The translations under genes and the position numbers were made by a program. Below the pieces are notes generated by a model. It made no database searches. It was not told the DNA's origin and worked only from the letters and a program-made list of their open reading frames with translations. A stretch of DNA of 32,000 bases from Methanothermobacter thermautotrophicus str. Delta H (GTDB lineage: Archaea > Methanobacteriota > Methanobacteria > Methanobacteriales > Methanothermobacteraceae), in the NCBI RefSeq assembly GCF_000008645.1, contig NC_000916.1, positions 1,530,001 to 1,562,000 of the forward strand, given 5' to 3'. Shown here one piece after another: positions 19,433 to 29,522 of the stretch (within the stretch, counting starts at the first letter, position 1; every line of letters begins with the position of its first letter).

Positions 19433-20133
19433 AGAAATTAAGGGATATGGGTGAAAACCGGAGGATACCCACGGAGTCCTCCATCGACAGGATACTGGGA
19501 GGGGGTGTGGAAAGAAGAACCATAACACAGTTCTATGGACCCCCCGGCTCAGGTAAGACCAACATAACCATCAAACTCGCGGTTGAAACTGCAAGGAGGG
19601 GTAAAAACACGGTTTTCATTGATACAGAGGGCGGTCTTTCTGTTGAGAGAATAAGACAGGTCTCAGGTGATATATTCGACAGGGTTGCAGATAGCATCAT
19701 AGTATTTGAACCCTCAAGCTTTACAGAGCAGGGTGAGGCACTTCAGAGGACATTTTCATTCCTCAAAACACATGGGGACTCAACTGACCTGGTGGTCCTT
19801 GACTCTGCGGTCGCCCTCTACAGATTGAAGGAGGGCAATGCATCCAGCTTTAACCTTGACCTTGGAAGGCAGATGTTCCTCCTTCTACAGATGGCCAGAA
19901 GGTTTGACCTTGCAGCTGTCATAACCAACCAGATATACTCCATTACGGGGGACGATGGAAGGGAATATGTGAGTCCTGTTGGCGGCACCCTCCTCCGTTA
20001 CTGGTCCAAGGTCATGGTCGAGCTTGAGATGGGTGAGAGACCTGGTGAGAGATTCGCTGTTCTCAGGAGGCACAGGAATCGTCTGGAGGGTTCCCGTGTG
20101 GGGTTCAGGATTGTTGCTGATGGCATTCTATGA
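19429..20133 (+). CDS. radB: DNA repair and recombination protein RadB
   Basis: 234-aa RecA-fold lacking the N-terminal domain: TQFYGPPGSGKTNITIKLAVETARRGKNTVFIDTEGGLSVERI; LDLGRQMFLLLQMARRFDLAAVITNQIYS. Overlaps the Sua5 stop. Confidence 0.93.
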   Translation: MKKLRDMGENRRIPTESSIDRILGGGVERRTITQFYGPPGSGKTNITIKLAVETARRGKNTVFIDTEGGLSVERIRQVSGDIFDRVADSIIVFEPSSFTEQGEALQRTFSFLKTHGDSTDLVVLDSAVALYRLKEGNASSFNLDLGRQMFLLLQMARRFDLAAVITNQIYSITGDDGREYVSPVGGTLLRYWSKVMVELEMGERPGERFAVLRRHRNRLEGSRVGFRIVADGIL

Positions 20134-20267
20134 ACCATGACTGGACTGTTTTTAGCCAGCTGTAGGATAATGTGGCCTGATTTTATTACAGAGGCTCCTC
20201 TGGTAAACAAAGTTTATTAAGAGGTTTGTTTAATATGGTATAAGAAACCCTAAAGTGGAGTTTAATT

Positions 20268-20308
20268 GAGGTTCAGCCTCGGGTAGGTAAGAGAAGCCTT
20301 CTTCTCTT
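20268..20308 (+). promoter_or_regulatory. Structured 5' leader (two adjacent hairpins) upstream of the aminotransferase
   Basis: GAGG-ttcag-CCTC at 20268-20280 and perfect 8-bp stem AAGAGAAG-cctt-CTTCTCTT at 20289-20308, 32 nt before the ATG. Confidence 0.45.
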
Positions 20309-20340
20309 TCGCATGGATACTCCTGTGCTGATGTGATAAA

Positions 20341-21498
20341 ATGATTTCTCCTAAAAAATATGCTAAAGCTGCAAAAGTGCCACCAAATGGCTTTAAAACT
20401 TCAAATGAGTTTTTTAACTACGTCTTTAAGGATAAAGAAATGATATGGATGGGTCAGAACACCAACCATCTTCATGATCACTCTGAAATAGCGGAAGCCA
20501 TGATTGAATGCATAAATGAGGGCAGCTACTGCAAGTATCCACCACCTGAAGGCTTTCCTGAGCTTAAGGAACTTGTACTGAAGGATCTGGGCCTTGGTGA
20601 TGACTTTGAGGCTCTGATAACTGCAGGGGGTACTGAGTCACTCTACCTGTGCATGAACGATATACTTGAACCCGAGGATAATGCCATAACCTGTGACCCG
20701 GGCTACCTGATAATTGACAATTTCGCAAGCAGATTTGCATGCAGCGTAAAATCGGTTCCCATATACAGCAGTGAATGTGACTACAAGTTAACACCCGACC
20801 TTGTACTTGAAAACATGGACCGCGACACCCGTCTCATATCACTCATAGATCCCCTGAATCCGCTGGGTTCCTCGTATACAAGGGATGAGATAAAGGCATT
20901 CGCTGACATAGCTGTGGACCATGACGTTTATCTACTCCACGATATAACCTACAGGGACTTTGCAAGGGAGCACCACCTCGCAGCAGAATATGCACCCGAG
21001 CACACGGTTACTGTCTACAGCTTCTCCAAGATATGTGGAATGGCAGGTCTGAGGATAGGTGCAATTGTTGCAACATCCGATATCATTGAATCAGTCAAGG
21101 GTATAGTCATAAATGATCTCGGTACAAATGTTGTCTCACAGGCAGGTGCAATTGCAGCCCTCAAATCAAAGGCTAAATGGGTTGAAAGGATACGTAATGA
21201 GACCCTCGGTAATCAGAAGATCATTAAGGCTGCCGTCGATGAGGTGGAAGGAGCCTTCCTCCCGGTTTATCCATCAAATGGTAACATGATGGCCATCGAC
21301 ATATATGAAACAGGGGTTAACCCCGTTGACCTTACAGACTACCTGCTTAAGCGGAAGATCTTCGTGAGGCAGGGCGCCTACACCAGCAAGATATTTGGTG
21401 ATAGGTACATACGCCTCAGCTTCTCAATACCAAGAGAGCAGGTCGAGATATTCGCTGAGAACTTTGTGGATGTCATGGAATTCCTGAGACCATCCTGA
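20341..21498 (+). CDS. Class I/II PLP-dependent aminotransferase
   Basis: [48 protein letters not shown] (PLP lysine motif), [10 protein letters not shown]. Substrate not determinable by eye. Confidence 0.88.
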   Translation: MISPKKYAKAAKVPPNGFKTSNEFFNYVFKDKEMIWMGQNTNHLHDHSEIAEAMIECINEGSYCKYPPPEGFPELKELVLKDLGLGDDFEALITAGGTESLYLCMNDILEPEDNAITCDPGYLIIDNFASRFACSVKSVPIYSSECDYKLTPDLVLENMDRDTRLISLIDPLNPLGSSYTRDEIKAFADIAVDHDVYLLHDITYRDFAREHHLAAEYAPEHTVTVYSFSKICGMAGLRIGAIVATSDIIESVKGIVINDLGTNVVSQAGAIAALKSKAKWVERIRNETLGNQKIIKAAVDEVEGAFLPVYPSNGNMMAIDIYETGVNPVDLTDYLLKRKIFVRQGAYTSKIFGDRYIRLSFSIPREQVEIFAENFVDVMEFLRPS

Positions 21499-21727
21499 TA
21501 ACCCTTTCTTTTTTCAGGCCTTTAGAATTTAATAAAGGCAGATGTCTTTGAGGTAATATGCATCCGATGATCTTCTGAATATTCTCTTCAACAGCTATTC
21601 ACAGGGATATCCAGATTGCTGGCGTTCAGGGGTGATTAATCGATTAGACCCTCTAAAATATCCTGTTTTCAGACCGTTTTAAAAAAGGAGCTGTGAGGGA
21701 CCGCTGCAGGGCCCCCTAAGTCGCTGT

Positions 21728-23515
21728 TTATTCTGTTTTCAGATAGTAATACTCACCAAGTTCCTTCTGCTCCCTGTCAAGGAAACTTCCAGGCTTGTTG
21801 ACCCTGGGCCTTCTCGTCTCCTTGTCCCTCCGGAAGGTTATGCCCACCTCTCCGAGGAAGGCGTTCATGGCATCCCTGAGCTCTGTGGGAGCTGACGCAT
21901 GTCCCTCCACTCCTGGCATTCCACTGAAGACCATGGCCCTGTCTGATACATAGTCAATGAATATTATATCATGGTCTATGATCATTGCAGAGGAATTACT
22001 CCCCTCAATGATCCTCCTTATGGCCTTGGCAGCCATCAGGCGCTGTTCAACGTCAAGGAAGGCTGTCGGCTCGTCAAGAACATAGAGATCAGCTTCTCTG
22101 GAGAGTGCAACCGCAACAGCAAGGCGCTGCAGCTCACCACCACTCAGCCCACTCACAGGTTTATCAAGTATCTCCTCCAGGTTGAAGGGCCTCATGATCT
22201 CGCTTTTGAAGAGATTTGAACCATATGATGGGGCGTTTGCATAGAGAAATTCCTCAACGGTTCCTGTGTAGTCTGATGAGAGGTACTGTGGCTTGTAGGA
22301 TATCTTTATCTTCTTTTTAACCTTCCCCTCATCTGGTTTTTCAACACCTGCAAGGATCTTGGCGAAGGTTGTTTTACCTATACCGTTGGGTCCGAAGGCC
22401 GTGATCACCTCATTGAGGTAAATGGTGCCCTCATCCACATCAAGTTTAAATTCAGGGTATGCCCTGCTGAGGGCTGTGTACTCTGCAAGTATGTCACCCG
22501 CCTCCCCGACCCTTGGGGGTTTCACCTTGAATTCTATCTCATGTTTACGGAATCTGACATTCTCCTCCCTTAGGAAGCCCCTTATGTATGTGTTGATACC
22601 GACACGCACGCCCCTCCGGTTGGATACGACCCCGTAGGCACCGGGTTTACCGTAGAGGATATGGACGTAGTCTGACATTGCATCGAGGGCGGCCATGTCA
22701 TGCTCTATCACCATGACAGACTTACCTGCCTCTGCAAGGGACCTTATTACCTTTACTGCATTGAGCCTCTGCCTAACGTCAAGCCAGGATGTTGGTTCGT
22801 CGAAGTAGTAGAAGTCTGCCTCCCTCAGTGCCGCGGCTGCAATGGCCACACTCTGGAGCTCCCCTCCGCTGAGGTTTGAAATCTCCCTGCCCATTATTTC
22901 CCGTATCTCGAGGGTTTCAATGACCTCATCGGTCCTGTCCGAGTCTATACCTGTTAGAAGATCCTCAACCTTCCCCTTAACATAGCGGGGGATCCTGTCT
23001 ACCATCTGGGGCTTATGGACAACACTTATTTCTCCTTTACTCAGTCTCTGGAAGTAATTCTGGAGCTGGGACCCCCTGAAATGGTTTATTATTTCGTCCC
23101 AGCCCGGAGGGTCCTGGAAGTCACCCAGGTTCGGCCGCAGTTCCCCTGACAGTATCCTTACGATGGTGGATTTACCGATACCGTTGGGCCCTATTAGTCC
23201 AACAACGTCTCCGGAGGTGACTGCTGGAATCCCAAAGAGTTCAAACTGGTTCTGCCCGTAACGGTGCACAGGGTTTTCAAGTGCCTCCGGGAGGTTGATA
23301 ACACTTATTGCCTTGAAAGGACATCTCTTTGTGCATATACCGCATCCCGAGCACAGCTCCTCGGATATTATGGGCTTCTTTGTCTTTTCGTCGATTGTTA
23401 TTGTGTCCTCATCCATCCTCACGCCTGGACAGTATTCTATGCAGACGTAGTTGCATTTCTTTGGCTGACACCTATCATGATCGAGTATTGAGATTCTGGT
23501 CAATTTTATCACCAT
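21728..23515 (-). CDS. rli1: ABCE1/Rli1 ribosome recycling factor (Fe-S, twin ABC ATPase)
   Basis: N-terminal [15 protein letters not shown] and [13 protein letters not shown] Fe-S motifs, Walker [13 protein letters not shown] and [12 protein letters not shown], signatures NLSGGELQ and GLSGGELQ. The ATG at 23515 fits better than the 23599 ORF start. Confidence 0.95.
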   Translation of the reverse strand: MVIKLTRISILDHDRCQPKKCNYVCIEYCPGVRMDEDTITIDEKTKKPIISEELCSGCGICTKRCPFKAISVINLPEALENPVHRYGQNQFELFGIPAVTSGDVVGLIGPNGIGKSTIVRILSGELRPNLGDFQDPPGWDEIINHFRGSQLQNYFQRLSKGEISVVHKPQMVDRIPRYVKGKVEDLLTGIDSDRTDEVIETLEIREIMGREISNLSGGELQSVAIAAAALREADFYYFDEPTSWLDVRQRLNAVKVIRSLAEAGKSVMVIEHDMAALDAMSDYVHILYGKPGAYGVVSNRRGVRVGINTYIRGFLREENVRFRKHEIEFKVKPPRVGEAGDILAEYTALSRAYPEFKLDVDEGTIYLNEVITAFGPNGIGKTTFAKILAGVEKPDEGKVKKKIKISYKPQYLSSDYTGTVEEFLYANAPSYGSNLFKSEIMRPFNLEEILDKPVSGLSGGELQRLAVAVALSREADLYVLDEPTAFLDVEQRLMAAKAIRRIIEGSNSSAMIIDHDIIFIDYVSDRAMVFSGMPGVEGHASAPTELRDAMNAFLGEVGITFRRDKETRRPRVNKPGSFLDREQKELGEYYYLKTE

Positions 23516-23654
23516 GGATACCGGGATGAAAAAATCAGTCCTGGAATGATTATGGTTTCTCCGGTTAATAAGGTTACTTAAACAAGGAGGGAAACGCATC
23601 CCCTCTGAAGGAAAAAGGCGGTGAAAAAATTAAAAATAAGAAATATATGACCGT

Positions 23655-23861
23655 CTATAACTTTTTAGCGGCCAGTTCTATGTCTGATGCTTTAACAGTT
23701 TTTCTGCCGGCGTGCTTTGCAAGTTTAACAGCTTCTTTTGCTATTTCTTCGCCTTTTTCTTCCAGAATCTTTGCAAGTGCTTCCCTTGCGTCGTCGCTTA
23801 TTCTCTGGGCACCGGCATTTTTTATGATTCTCCCAACTGGTGCTATGGGTAATTCGGCCAT
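23655..23861 (-). CDS. Archaeal histone (HMt family)
   Basis: [70 protein letters not shown] gaggtgat just upstream. Confidence 0.97.
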   Translation of the reverse strand: MAELPIAPVGRIIKNAGAQRISDDAREALAKILEEKGEEIAKEAVKLAKHAGRKTVKASDIELAAKKL

Positions 23862-24113
23862 AATATCACCTCAGTTCTATATTTAACTCAATAGTATTTA
23901 AATTTATCGTTTTTTCGGCTCTTTTTTGCATCCATATCATGATTCTATATCACTCAGCCTCGGAGAATTTCACTGTAACACTAACACACACCGGTTGCTG
24001 TGTAAGGATCATGATGGTTAACATGTGCATCAGATGGTTGCTGGTAGCTTCCCGTTTCCTCAGCTTGGAAATCATTATTAGCGGTAAGGAAGATAGAACC
24101 CAGTGGTGGGAAA

Positions 24114-24452
24114 ATGAAACAGGTCATAATAGTGAGATCCGATCTGAAGATGGGGAAGGGTAAAATAGCAGCCCAGGCCTGTCATGCTTCCATAGGATCA
24201 TTTAAAAGGACTGAAGAGGATAAAATAAGAAAATGGGAACTTGAAGGCTCAAAGAAGGTCATTGTTTCTGTGAATAGTCTTGATGAACTGCTTGAGATAT
24301 ACAGGGCTGTTAAGGAGGCGGGAATCTCAAACTACCTGGTGAGGGATGCGGGACACACCCAGATACCAGCCGGCACCATAACCTGCCTTGGGATAGGCCC
24401 CGATGACGATGAGAAGATAGATAAAATAACAGGTGATCTGAAGCTGCTTTAG
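24114..24452 (+). CDS. pth2: Peptidyl-tRNA hydrolase, archaeal/eukaryotic Pth2 type
   Basis: [32 protein letters not shown]...[34 protein letters not shown]-type sequence. Confidence 0.95.
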   Translation: MKQVIIVRSDLKMGKGKIAAQACHASIGSFKRTEEDKIRKWELEGSKKVIVSVNSLDELLEIYRAVKEAGISNYLVRDAGHTQIPAGTITCLGIGPDDDEKIDKITGDLKLL

Positions 24453-24490
24453 CTGTGAGGTCCTTCCAGCAGATTAATCAGGTGTTTACC

Positions 24491-25141
24491 ATGGAGTGGG
24501 TTGTTAAGATAGGTGGAAGCCTTTTTCCAGAACATGCCGCAGCCCTCCTTGAGAGCCTTGAGGGTACCGGTGCGGCTGTGGTCTGTGGTGGGGGTGCCTT
24601 TGCAGATATGGTGCGATACCATGATAGGAAATTCGGTTTTTCTGATACTGCAAATCATGAGGCAGCCATAATGTGCATGGACATAACTGGAAGGCTCATT
24701 TCAGATCTTGTGGAATCCGCAGTCCCTGTGAGGACTGTTACAGATTGCAGAGAAGCTATCAAGAGGGGTTTAACCCCCGTTATACTTCCTTCGGGGCTTC
24801 TGCGTTACACTGACCCTGCTGAACACTCATGGAGGGTTACCTCTGATTCCCTCTCACTCATGATCGCCCATATGCTGAAAGCGAAACTTTTAATAGCAAC
24901 AGATGTAGATGGTATATACACTGAGAGGCCACCTGCCAGTGATGCTAAACTTATAAATGATATAAGTGCTAAAGACTTACTATCTTTTGGTGAGACATCA
25001 GTGGATGAAGCACTACCTGAACTTCTGATTGAACTGAAATCTGATTGTTATGTTGTAAATGGGAAATATCCCTCCAGGGTGCTGTCCATTTTAAGGGCAG
25101 GTGCTTCGGAATGTGTATGTACAGTTATAAGAGGTGATTAG
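24491..25141 (+). CDS. Amino acid kinase family protein, possibly the MfnE-type furan phosphate kinase of methanofuran biosynthesis
   Basis: MEWVVKIGGSLFPEHA, GGGAFADMVR, LLIATDVDGIYTERP. aggtg SD before the ATG at 24491. The ORF-track start at 24455 is less likely. Confidence 0.7.
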   Translation: MEWVVKIGGSLFPEHAAALLESLEGTGAAVVCGGGAFADMVRYHDRKFGFSDTANHEAAIMCMDITGRLISDLVESAVPVRTVTDCREAIKRGLTPVILPSGLLRYTDPAEHSWRVTSDSLSLMIAHMLKAKLLIATDVDGIYTERPPASDAKLINDISAKDLLSFGETSVDEALPELLIELKSDCYVVNGKYPSRVLSILRAGASECVCTVIRGD

Positions 25142-25303
25142 ATGACCAAGATGGAATGCACATCCTGTAAACAGGAGATACCTCTGGTTGAGACCTATGT
25201 GAAATTTGAATGCCCAATGTGCGGTGAAATGATCTACAGGTGCCAGAAGTGCAGGACCTTCGGCCACACCTACAGGTGCAAGTGTGGATTCGAGGGACCA
25301 TAG
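25142..25303 (+). CDS. Small zinc-ribbon protein (53 aa)
   Basis: Not in the supplied ORF track. [53 protein letters not shown], with four Cys-pair zinc motifs, SD gaggtg, and 17 codons dense in Cys. Adjacent to aEF-1beta. Confidence 0.85.
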   Translation: MTKMECTSCKQEIPLVETYVKFECPMCGEMIYRCQKCRTFGHTYRCKCGFEGP

Positions 25304-25354
25304 GAAAAATATATAAATCAGTATTAATTTAATACTTTCTAGGGAGGTATTATT

Positions 25355-25624
25355 ATGGGAGATGTAGTAGCCACCATAAAGGTGATGCCTGAGAGCCCTG
25401 ATGTTGATCTTGAGGCCCTTAAAAAGGAGATCCAGGAAAGAATACCTGAGGGTACAGAACTTCACAAAATAGACGAGGAACCCATAGCATTCGGTCTCGT
25501 GGCCCTCAATGTTATGGTTGTTGTTGGTGACGCCGAGGGCGGAACAGAGGCTGCTGAGGAGAGCCTTTCCGGGATTGAGGGTGTCAGCAATATAGAGGTT
25601 ACTGATGTAAGAAGGCTGATGTGA
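25355..25624 (+). CDS. ef1b: Elongation factor 1-beta (archaeal aEF1B)
   Basis: MGDVVATIKVMPESPDVDLEALKKEIQERIPEGTELHKIDEEPIAFGLVALNVMVVVGDAEGGTEAAEESLSGIEGVSNIEVTDVRRLM. Confidence 0.95.
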   Translation: MGDVVATIKVMPESPDVDLEALKKEIQERIPEGTELHKIDEEPIAFGLVALNVMVVVGDAEGGTEAAEESLSGIEGVSNIEVTDVRRLM

Positions 25625-25680
25625 TCTTGCCTTTCCTGTATTGCAGCAGGTTAGTGATGTAAGAAGGCTGATGTGATCTT
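25596..25680 (+). repeat. Direct duplication (33 nt, 1 mismatch, 52-nt offset) covering the 3' end of the EF-1beta gene
   Basis: aggttactgatgtaagaaggctgatgtgatctt at 25596-25628; aggttagtgatgtaagaaggctgatgtgatctt at 25648-25680. Both are followed by gcctttc, after a 3-nt insertion in copy 2. Confidence 0.92.
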
Positions 25681-25716
25681 AAAGCCTTTCTTACACACTT
25701 CAGATCATCTCAGGTG

Positions 25717-26907
25717 ATGGGGATAATTGAAATCCTTTTTGCCTGTCTTCTTGGAGTCATAACCGGTGCATTGACGGGTCTGATCCCGGGTATCCATGTT
25801 AATACCGTTGGGGCGTTCATTTTCGCAGCATCAGGCCAGATTCTGGGTTTCCTCCCGGAGGAGGTTCTGGCTGTTTTTTTATTATCACTCTCTGTAACCC
25901 ACGCCCTCCTTGAGTTCATACCCTCAACCCTGCTGGGGGTTCCAGATGAGGCAACAGCTCTATCAGTTCTCCCGGGGCACCGTATGGTTCTTGAGGGGAG
26001 GGCTGGTGAGGCAATAAGGGCTGCAACAGTTGGTGGTGTTGGCGGAATCCTGCTGACCATAATCCTTTTACCATTTCTCCTCCTGGCGTTACCACCCCTC
26101 TATGGATTTATCAGACCACACATCTGGTTAATCCTCATACTTGTTTCGGGTTACATGATGCTTAAGCTCAGCAGGAATTTTGAAACACTGCTCTGGGCAG
26201 TTATACTCTTTCTTTTCTCAGGGGCGATGGGTTGGATTATTTTCCAGGCCCCAATATCCCCGGGACTTGGTCTGATGACCCTGTTCACAGGTTTCTTCGG
26301 TCTCAGCACCATGGTCTACAGTTTCAGTTCGGGATCATATCTACCTGAGCAGGAAATAGAGCCATTCACAGAGTTTGATGGTGGCACCGCCAGGTCTGTT
26401 CTTGCAGGTGGACTTGCATCCGTCCTTCTGGGATTCCTACCAGGTTTTGGACCCGCCCAGGGCGGTATGATAGCATGTTCCCTCACGGGTTCGGGAGGAG
26501 AGGATTCACCGGGGGACTTCATAACTGCACTTTCATGCCTTAACACCTCGGATGCCCTCTTTTCCCTGCTGACACTCTACATAATTGGAAACCCCAGAAG
26601 CGGCATTGCTGTCTATATATCCCAGATCATGCAGGATATCGACGCCGGCCACATCTTCCTTTTCATATCAGCCTCCCTCCTGGCGGTATCTCTGGCGGCT
26701 GTAATATCCATCAGGGCTGCTGATTATCTCTGCGCCAATCTCTCAGGAATCAATTACGGAAAAATTTCACTGGTGGTCATGCTCTTCATGACGGCATCCG
26801 TATTCGTTTTTGCAGTCATGGAGGGGGCCAGCATACCATTCATTGCCCTGGCACTTATAGCATCAACGTCCTTCGGAACTAATACCCCACTGTACCGGTA
26901 CAAGTAA
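25717..26907 (+). CDS. TctA-like multi-pass membrane protein (archaeal DUF112/TctA family)
   Basis: GVITGALTGLIPGIHVNTVGAF...LLEFIPSTLLGVPDEATALSVLPGHRMVLEGRAGEAIRAATVGGVGG; about 10 hydrophobic segments. Start GTG 25714 or ATG 25717. Confidence 0.8.
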   Translation: MGIIEILFACLLGVITGALTGLIPGIHVNTVGAFIFAASGQILGFLPEEVLAVFLLSLSVTHALLEFIPSTLLGVPDEATALSVLPGHRMVLEGRAGEAIRAATVGGVGGILLTIILLPFLLLALPPLYGFIRPHIWLILILVSGYMMLKLSRNFETLLWAVILFLFSGAMGWIIFQAPISPGLGLMTLFTGFFGLSTMVYSFSSGSYLPEQEIEPFTEFDGGTARSVLAGGLASVLLGFLPGFGPAQGGMIACSLTGSGGEDSPGDFITALSCLNTSDALFSLLTLYIIGNPRSGIAVYISQIMQDIDAGHIFLFISASLLAVSLAAVISIRAADYLCANLSGINYGKISLVVMLFMTASVFVFAVMEGASIPFIALALIASTSFGTNTPLYRYK

Positions 26908-26984
26908 ATCCCATCTCATGGGTGTACTTGTTATCCCGGCAGTGGCGGTCTACATGGGTATCTAGAGTGTATTCAGCATCAGAT

Positions 26985-27899
26985 TTATCTTATCAGAAGG
27001 GTGTTTTCTGCAAGTCTCTTTGCAGCATCAATAAATTCGCGGGGATCAACACCAGGGAAGGGGTCCACGATGCAGAGTTCAAACCTCTCATCAATGAGAT
27101 CTGGCAGTTCCCTTATATCACGGTTGTAGACCCTGAACCCTTCATGGAATCCATTGACCCTCAGGTTCAGTCGGGTCATCTCACAGGCTTCCCTCCAGAT
27201 ATCATTGAATACAACGTTCCGGGCACCGGCCATAAGGGAGAATATCCCCAGGGTTCCCGGGCCGCATGTTGCATCCAGCACATTCTCAGGGCGCAGTGAG
27301 AGTATCTCACGTGCAGCAGTCTGAATCTTAAGGTTCTTTCCGGATGAAAACTCTATGTGGAGTCTGCTCTGCCTCCTGTATATTGATAGAGCTCCGGAAG
27401 GTGTTTCAATGATGTCACACCTCATATCGCAACCCGCAAGGAGCTCATATACATGGGGTCTGGTGCCGGAGTCCATCATCCCGGGAACAGTGCGCATATC
27501 ACCCCTTAAAACACCCTTGACCTCTGGAACGTCTTCCATGATTGTTTCAGCGGTTCCTTTATCAACATGGGGTGATAAAATAACAAGAGAGCGCTCTGGA
27601 AGGAATGGTGCAGATTCAAGGGGTAAAGCTGGAGTTATCAGGGGAGCCCCGATATCCCTGAGTCTGGCATCTTCAGGTACACATCCCTCCCTTATCATAA
27701 TCCCTGCGACATGGGCCATGACAGCGTCAAGATGCCTCCGGCCGCATTTACAAAACCTGAGAACTGAACCGGATACGCCCTTAACGGGTCTGAACTTACT
27801 CAGGTGGGGGTCAATGCACCCATCGCAGGGGCCGTAAATATCAACACCGCCCCTGTAGGCAGGGAGGTCCTCCCCACAGACGGGACACCTTGCTGACAT
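26985..27899 (-). CDS. Class I SAM-dependent methyltransferase with N-terminal Cys-rich (zinc-binding-like) region
   Basis: N-terminal CPVCGEDLPAYRGGVDIYGPCDGCIDPH...RFCKCGRRH. C-terminal SAM motif VLDATCGPGTLGIFSLMAGARNVVFNDI and ELCIVDPFPG. Start probably the ATG at 27899. Confidence 0.75.
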   Translation of the reverse strand: MSARCPVCGEDLPAYRGGVDIYGPCDGCIDPHLSKFRPVKGVSGSVLRFCKCGRRHLDAVMAHVAGIMIREGCVPEDARLRDIGAPLITPALPLESAPFLPERSLVILSPHVDKGTAETIMEDVPEVKGVLRGDMRTVPGMMDSGTRPHVYELLAGCDMRCDIIETPSGALSIYRRQSRLHIEFSSGKNLKIQTAAREILSLRPENVLDATCGPGTLGIFSLMAGARNVVFNDIWREACEMTRLNLRVNGFHEGFRVYNRDIRELPDLIDERFELCIVDPFPGVDPREFIDAAKRLAENTLLIR

Positions 27900-27931
27900 A
27901 CACTTAAATATTATCCTCCACATATTAAAGG

Positions 27932-29512
27932 TTGAGTACTATGAGGGATAAGCGGAAGGAAATTCTGAAGGAGATCCTCGGGGAATTTGCAGCGGATGAG
28001 GAAGAACCACCCCGTGAGGAAAGGAAGGAGAGGCAGGCGGAATCGGAATTCAAGGTCGAAAAGGTACTTGAGAAGCCCAAGCCAAAACCAGCCTCTCCAC
28101 GGGTTGATTTAAAGGACGTTGAGATAATTGAGGGAGACCTCATACCCCAGTACAAGGTTTCCCTTCCCAAGTTCTCTGAGAAGGAGAGGGAGCTCCTCAA
28201 TGAGATCCGGGAAAAACTGGTTGAGGTCGCAGTCTCCAAGGGTGAAGAGTTCAGAATAGATGAATCCACCTTCATGTCTGAGGTTAAGGAGTTCCTCAGG
28301 ATGAAGGGAGTTCGTAATGTTGACAAACTGGCAAAGCAGATATCCCAGGAGATGCTGGGGTACGGTGAACTGGACCCCCTAATAAAGGACGATGACCTTG
28401 AGGAGATAATGGTAATAGGTGTCAAAAAACCGGTATTCGTCTACCACAGGAAGCTTGGTATGATGATTACCAATGTCGTCTTCAACAACGATGACGACAT
28501 AAAGGCCATCGTCGACCTCATCGCAAGGCAGGTCAACAGGCGTATAGACCAGCAGACCCCAATACTTGATGCGAGGCTCCCCGATGGTTCAAGGGTCAAT
28601 GCAACAATACCCCCGGTTTCTCCAGATGGTTCCACCCTCACCATCCGAAAATTCAGGAAGGATCCCTTCACTGTTGTTGACCTCATAAACTTCAAGACCA
28701 TGTCATCCCACCTTGCAGCCTTCCTCTGGGTATGCACAGATGGGCTGGGTGTGAAACCATGCAACGCCATAGTGGCGGGGGGTACCGGGTCCGGTAAAAC
28801 AACAACCCTGAACACAGTATCGGCATTCGTGCCTCCTACTGAGCGTATAATAACCATCGAGGATACCCTGGAGCTTCAGCTACCCCACACCCATGTACTC
28901 AGGATGGAGACAAGGCCGCCCAACATAGAGGGTAAGGGGGAACTTGACATGGACACCCTCGTCAAGAACTCCCTCCGTCAGAGGCCCGACAGGGTCATTG
29001 TGGGGGAGGTGAGGGGCAGTGAGGCCATAACCCTATTCACAGCCCTCAACACAGGTCACAGTGGATTCGGGACACTCCACGCCAACACAGCAAGGGAAAC
29101 CATAACCCGTCTCATAAACCCACCCATGAATGTCCCCCGGATCATGATACCGGCCCTGGACTTCATAATAATGCAGAACAGGATGTACAGGCCGGAGGGC
29201 GGCTCCATAAGGAGGATAACTGAGGTCGCCGAGGTCGTGGGTATGGAGGAGGGTAACGTCCAGCTCAACAGGGTCTTTGAGTGGAACAGCGTGGCTGATA
29301 AGGTTGAATATGTTGGTATAGCCAGCCAGACCCTCCGGGAGATAGCGGAACTGAGGGCCATAAGCATAAATGAAATCGAGGAGGAAATTGAGAGGAGGAG
29401 GCTCGTCCTTGAATACATGGCCGATGAGAATATAAGGAGCATAGATGAGGTGGGACGTTACATCCATGAATACTACAGGGACCCGGACGGTGTCCTGGAC
29501 AGCATACTCTGA
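27932..29512 (+). CDS. Type II/IV secretion (TadA/GspE/archaeal) ATPase
   Basis: Walker [78 protein letters not shown]. Confidence 0.93.
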   Translation: MSTMRDKRKEILKEILGEFAADEEEPPREERKERQAESEFKVEKVLEKPKPKPASPRVDLKDVEIIEGDLIPQYKVSLPKFSEKERELLNEIREKLVEVAVSKGEEFRIDESTFMSEVKEFLRMKGVRNVDKLAKQISQEMLGYGELDPLIKDDDLEEIMVIGVKKPVFVYHRKLGMMITNVVFNNDDDIKAIVDLIARQVNRRIDQQTPILDARLPDGSRVNATIPPVSPDGSTLTIRKFRKDPFTVVDLINFKTMSSHLAAFLWVCTDGLGVKPCNAIVAGGTGSGKTTTLNTVSAFVPPTERIITIEDTLELQLPHTHVLRMETRPPNIEGKGELDMDTLVKNSLRQRPDRVIVGEVRGSEAITLFTALNTGHSGFGTLHANTARETITRLINPPMNVPRIMIPALDFIIMQNRMYRPEGGSIRRITEVAEVVGMEEGNVQLNRVFEWNSVADKVEYVGIASQTLREIAELRAISINEIEEEIERRRLVLEYMADENIRSIDEVGRYIHEYYRDPDGVLDSIL

Positions 29513-29522
29513 GGCGTATATA

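Noticed and set aside
21540-21640. Possible C/D-box-like small RNA (gatgat...ctga) in the intergenic region
   Set aside because: The boxes do not pair into a convincing C/D arrangement with a terminal stem, and such short motifs occur by chance.
23862-24113. 74-aa ORF and possible RNA in the histone-pth2 intergenic region
   Set aside because: The ORF runs through AT-rich sequence and overlaps the pth2 start in another frame; composition and context do not support a gene.
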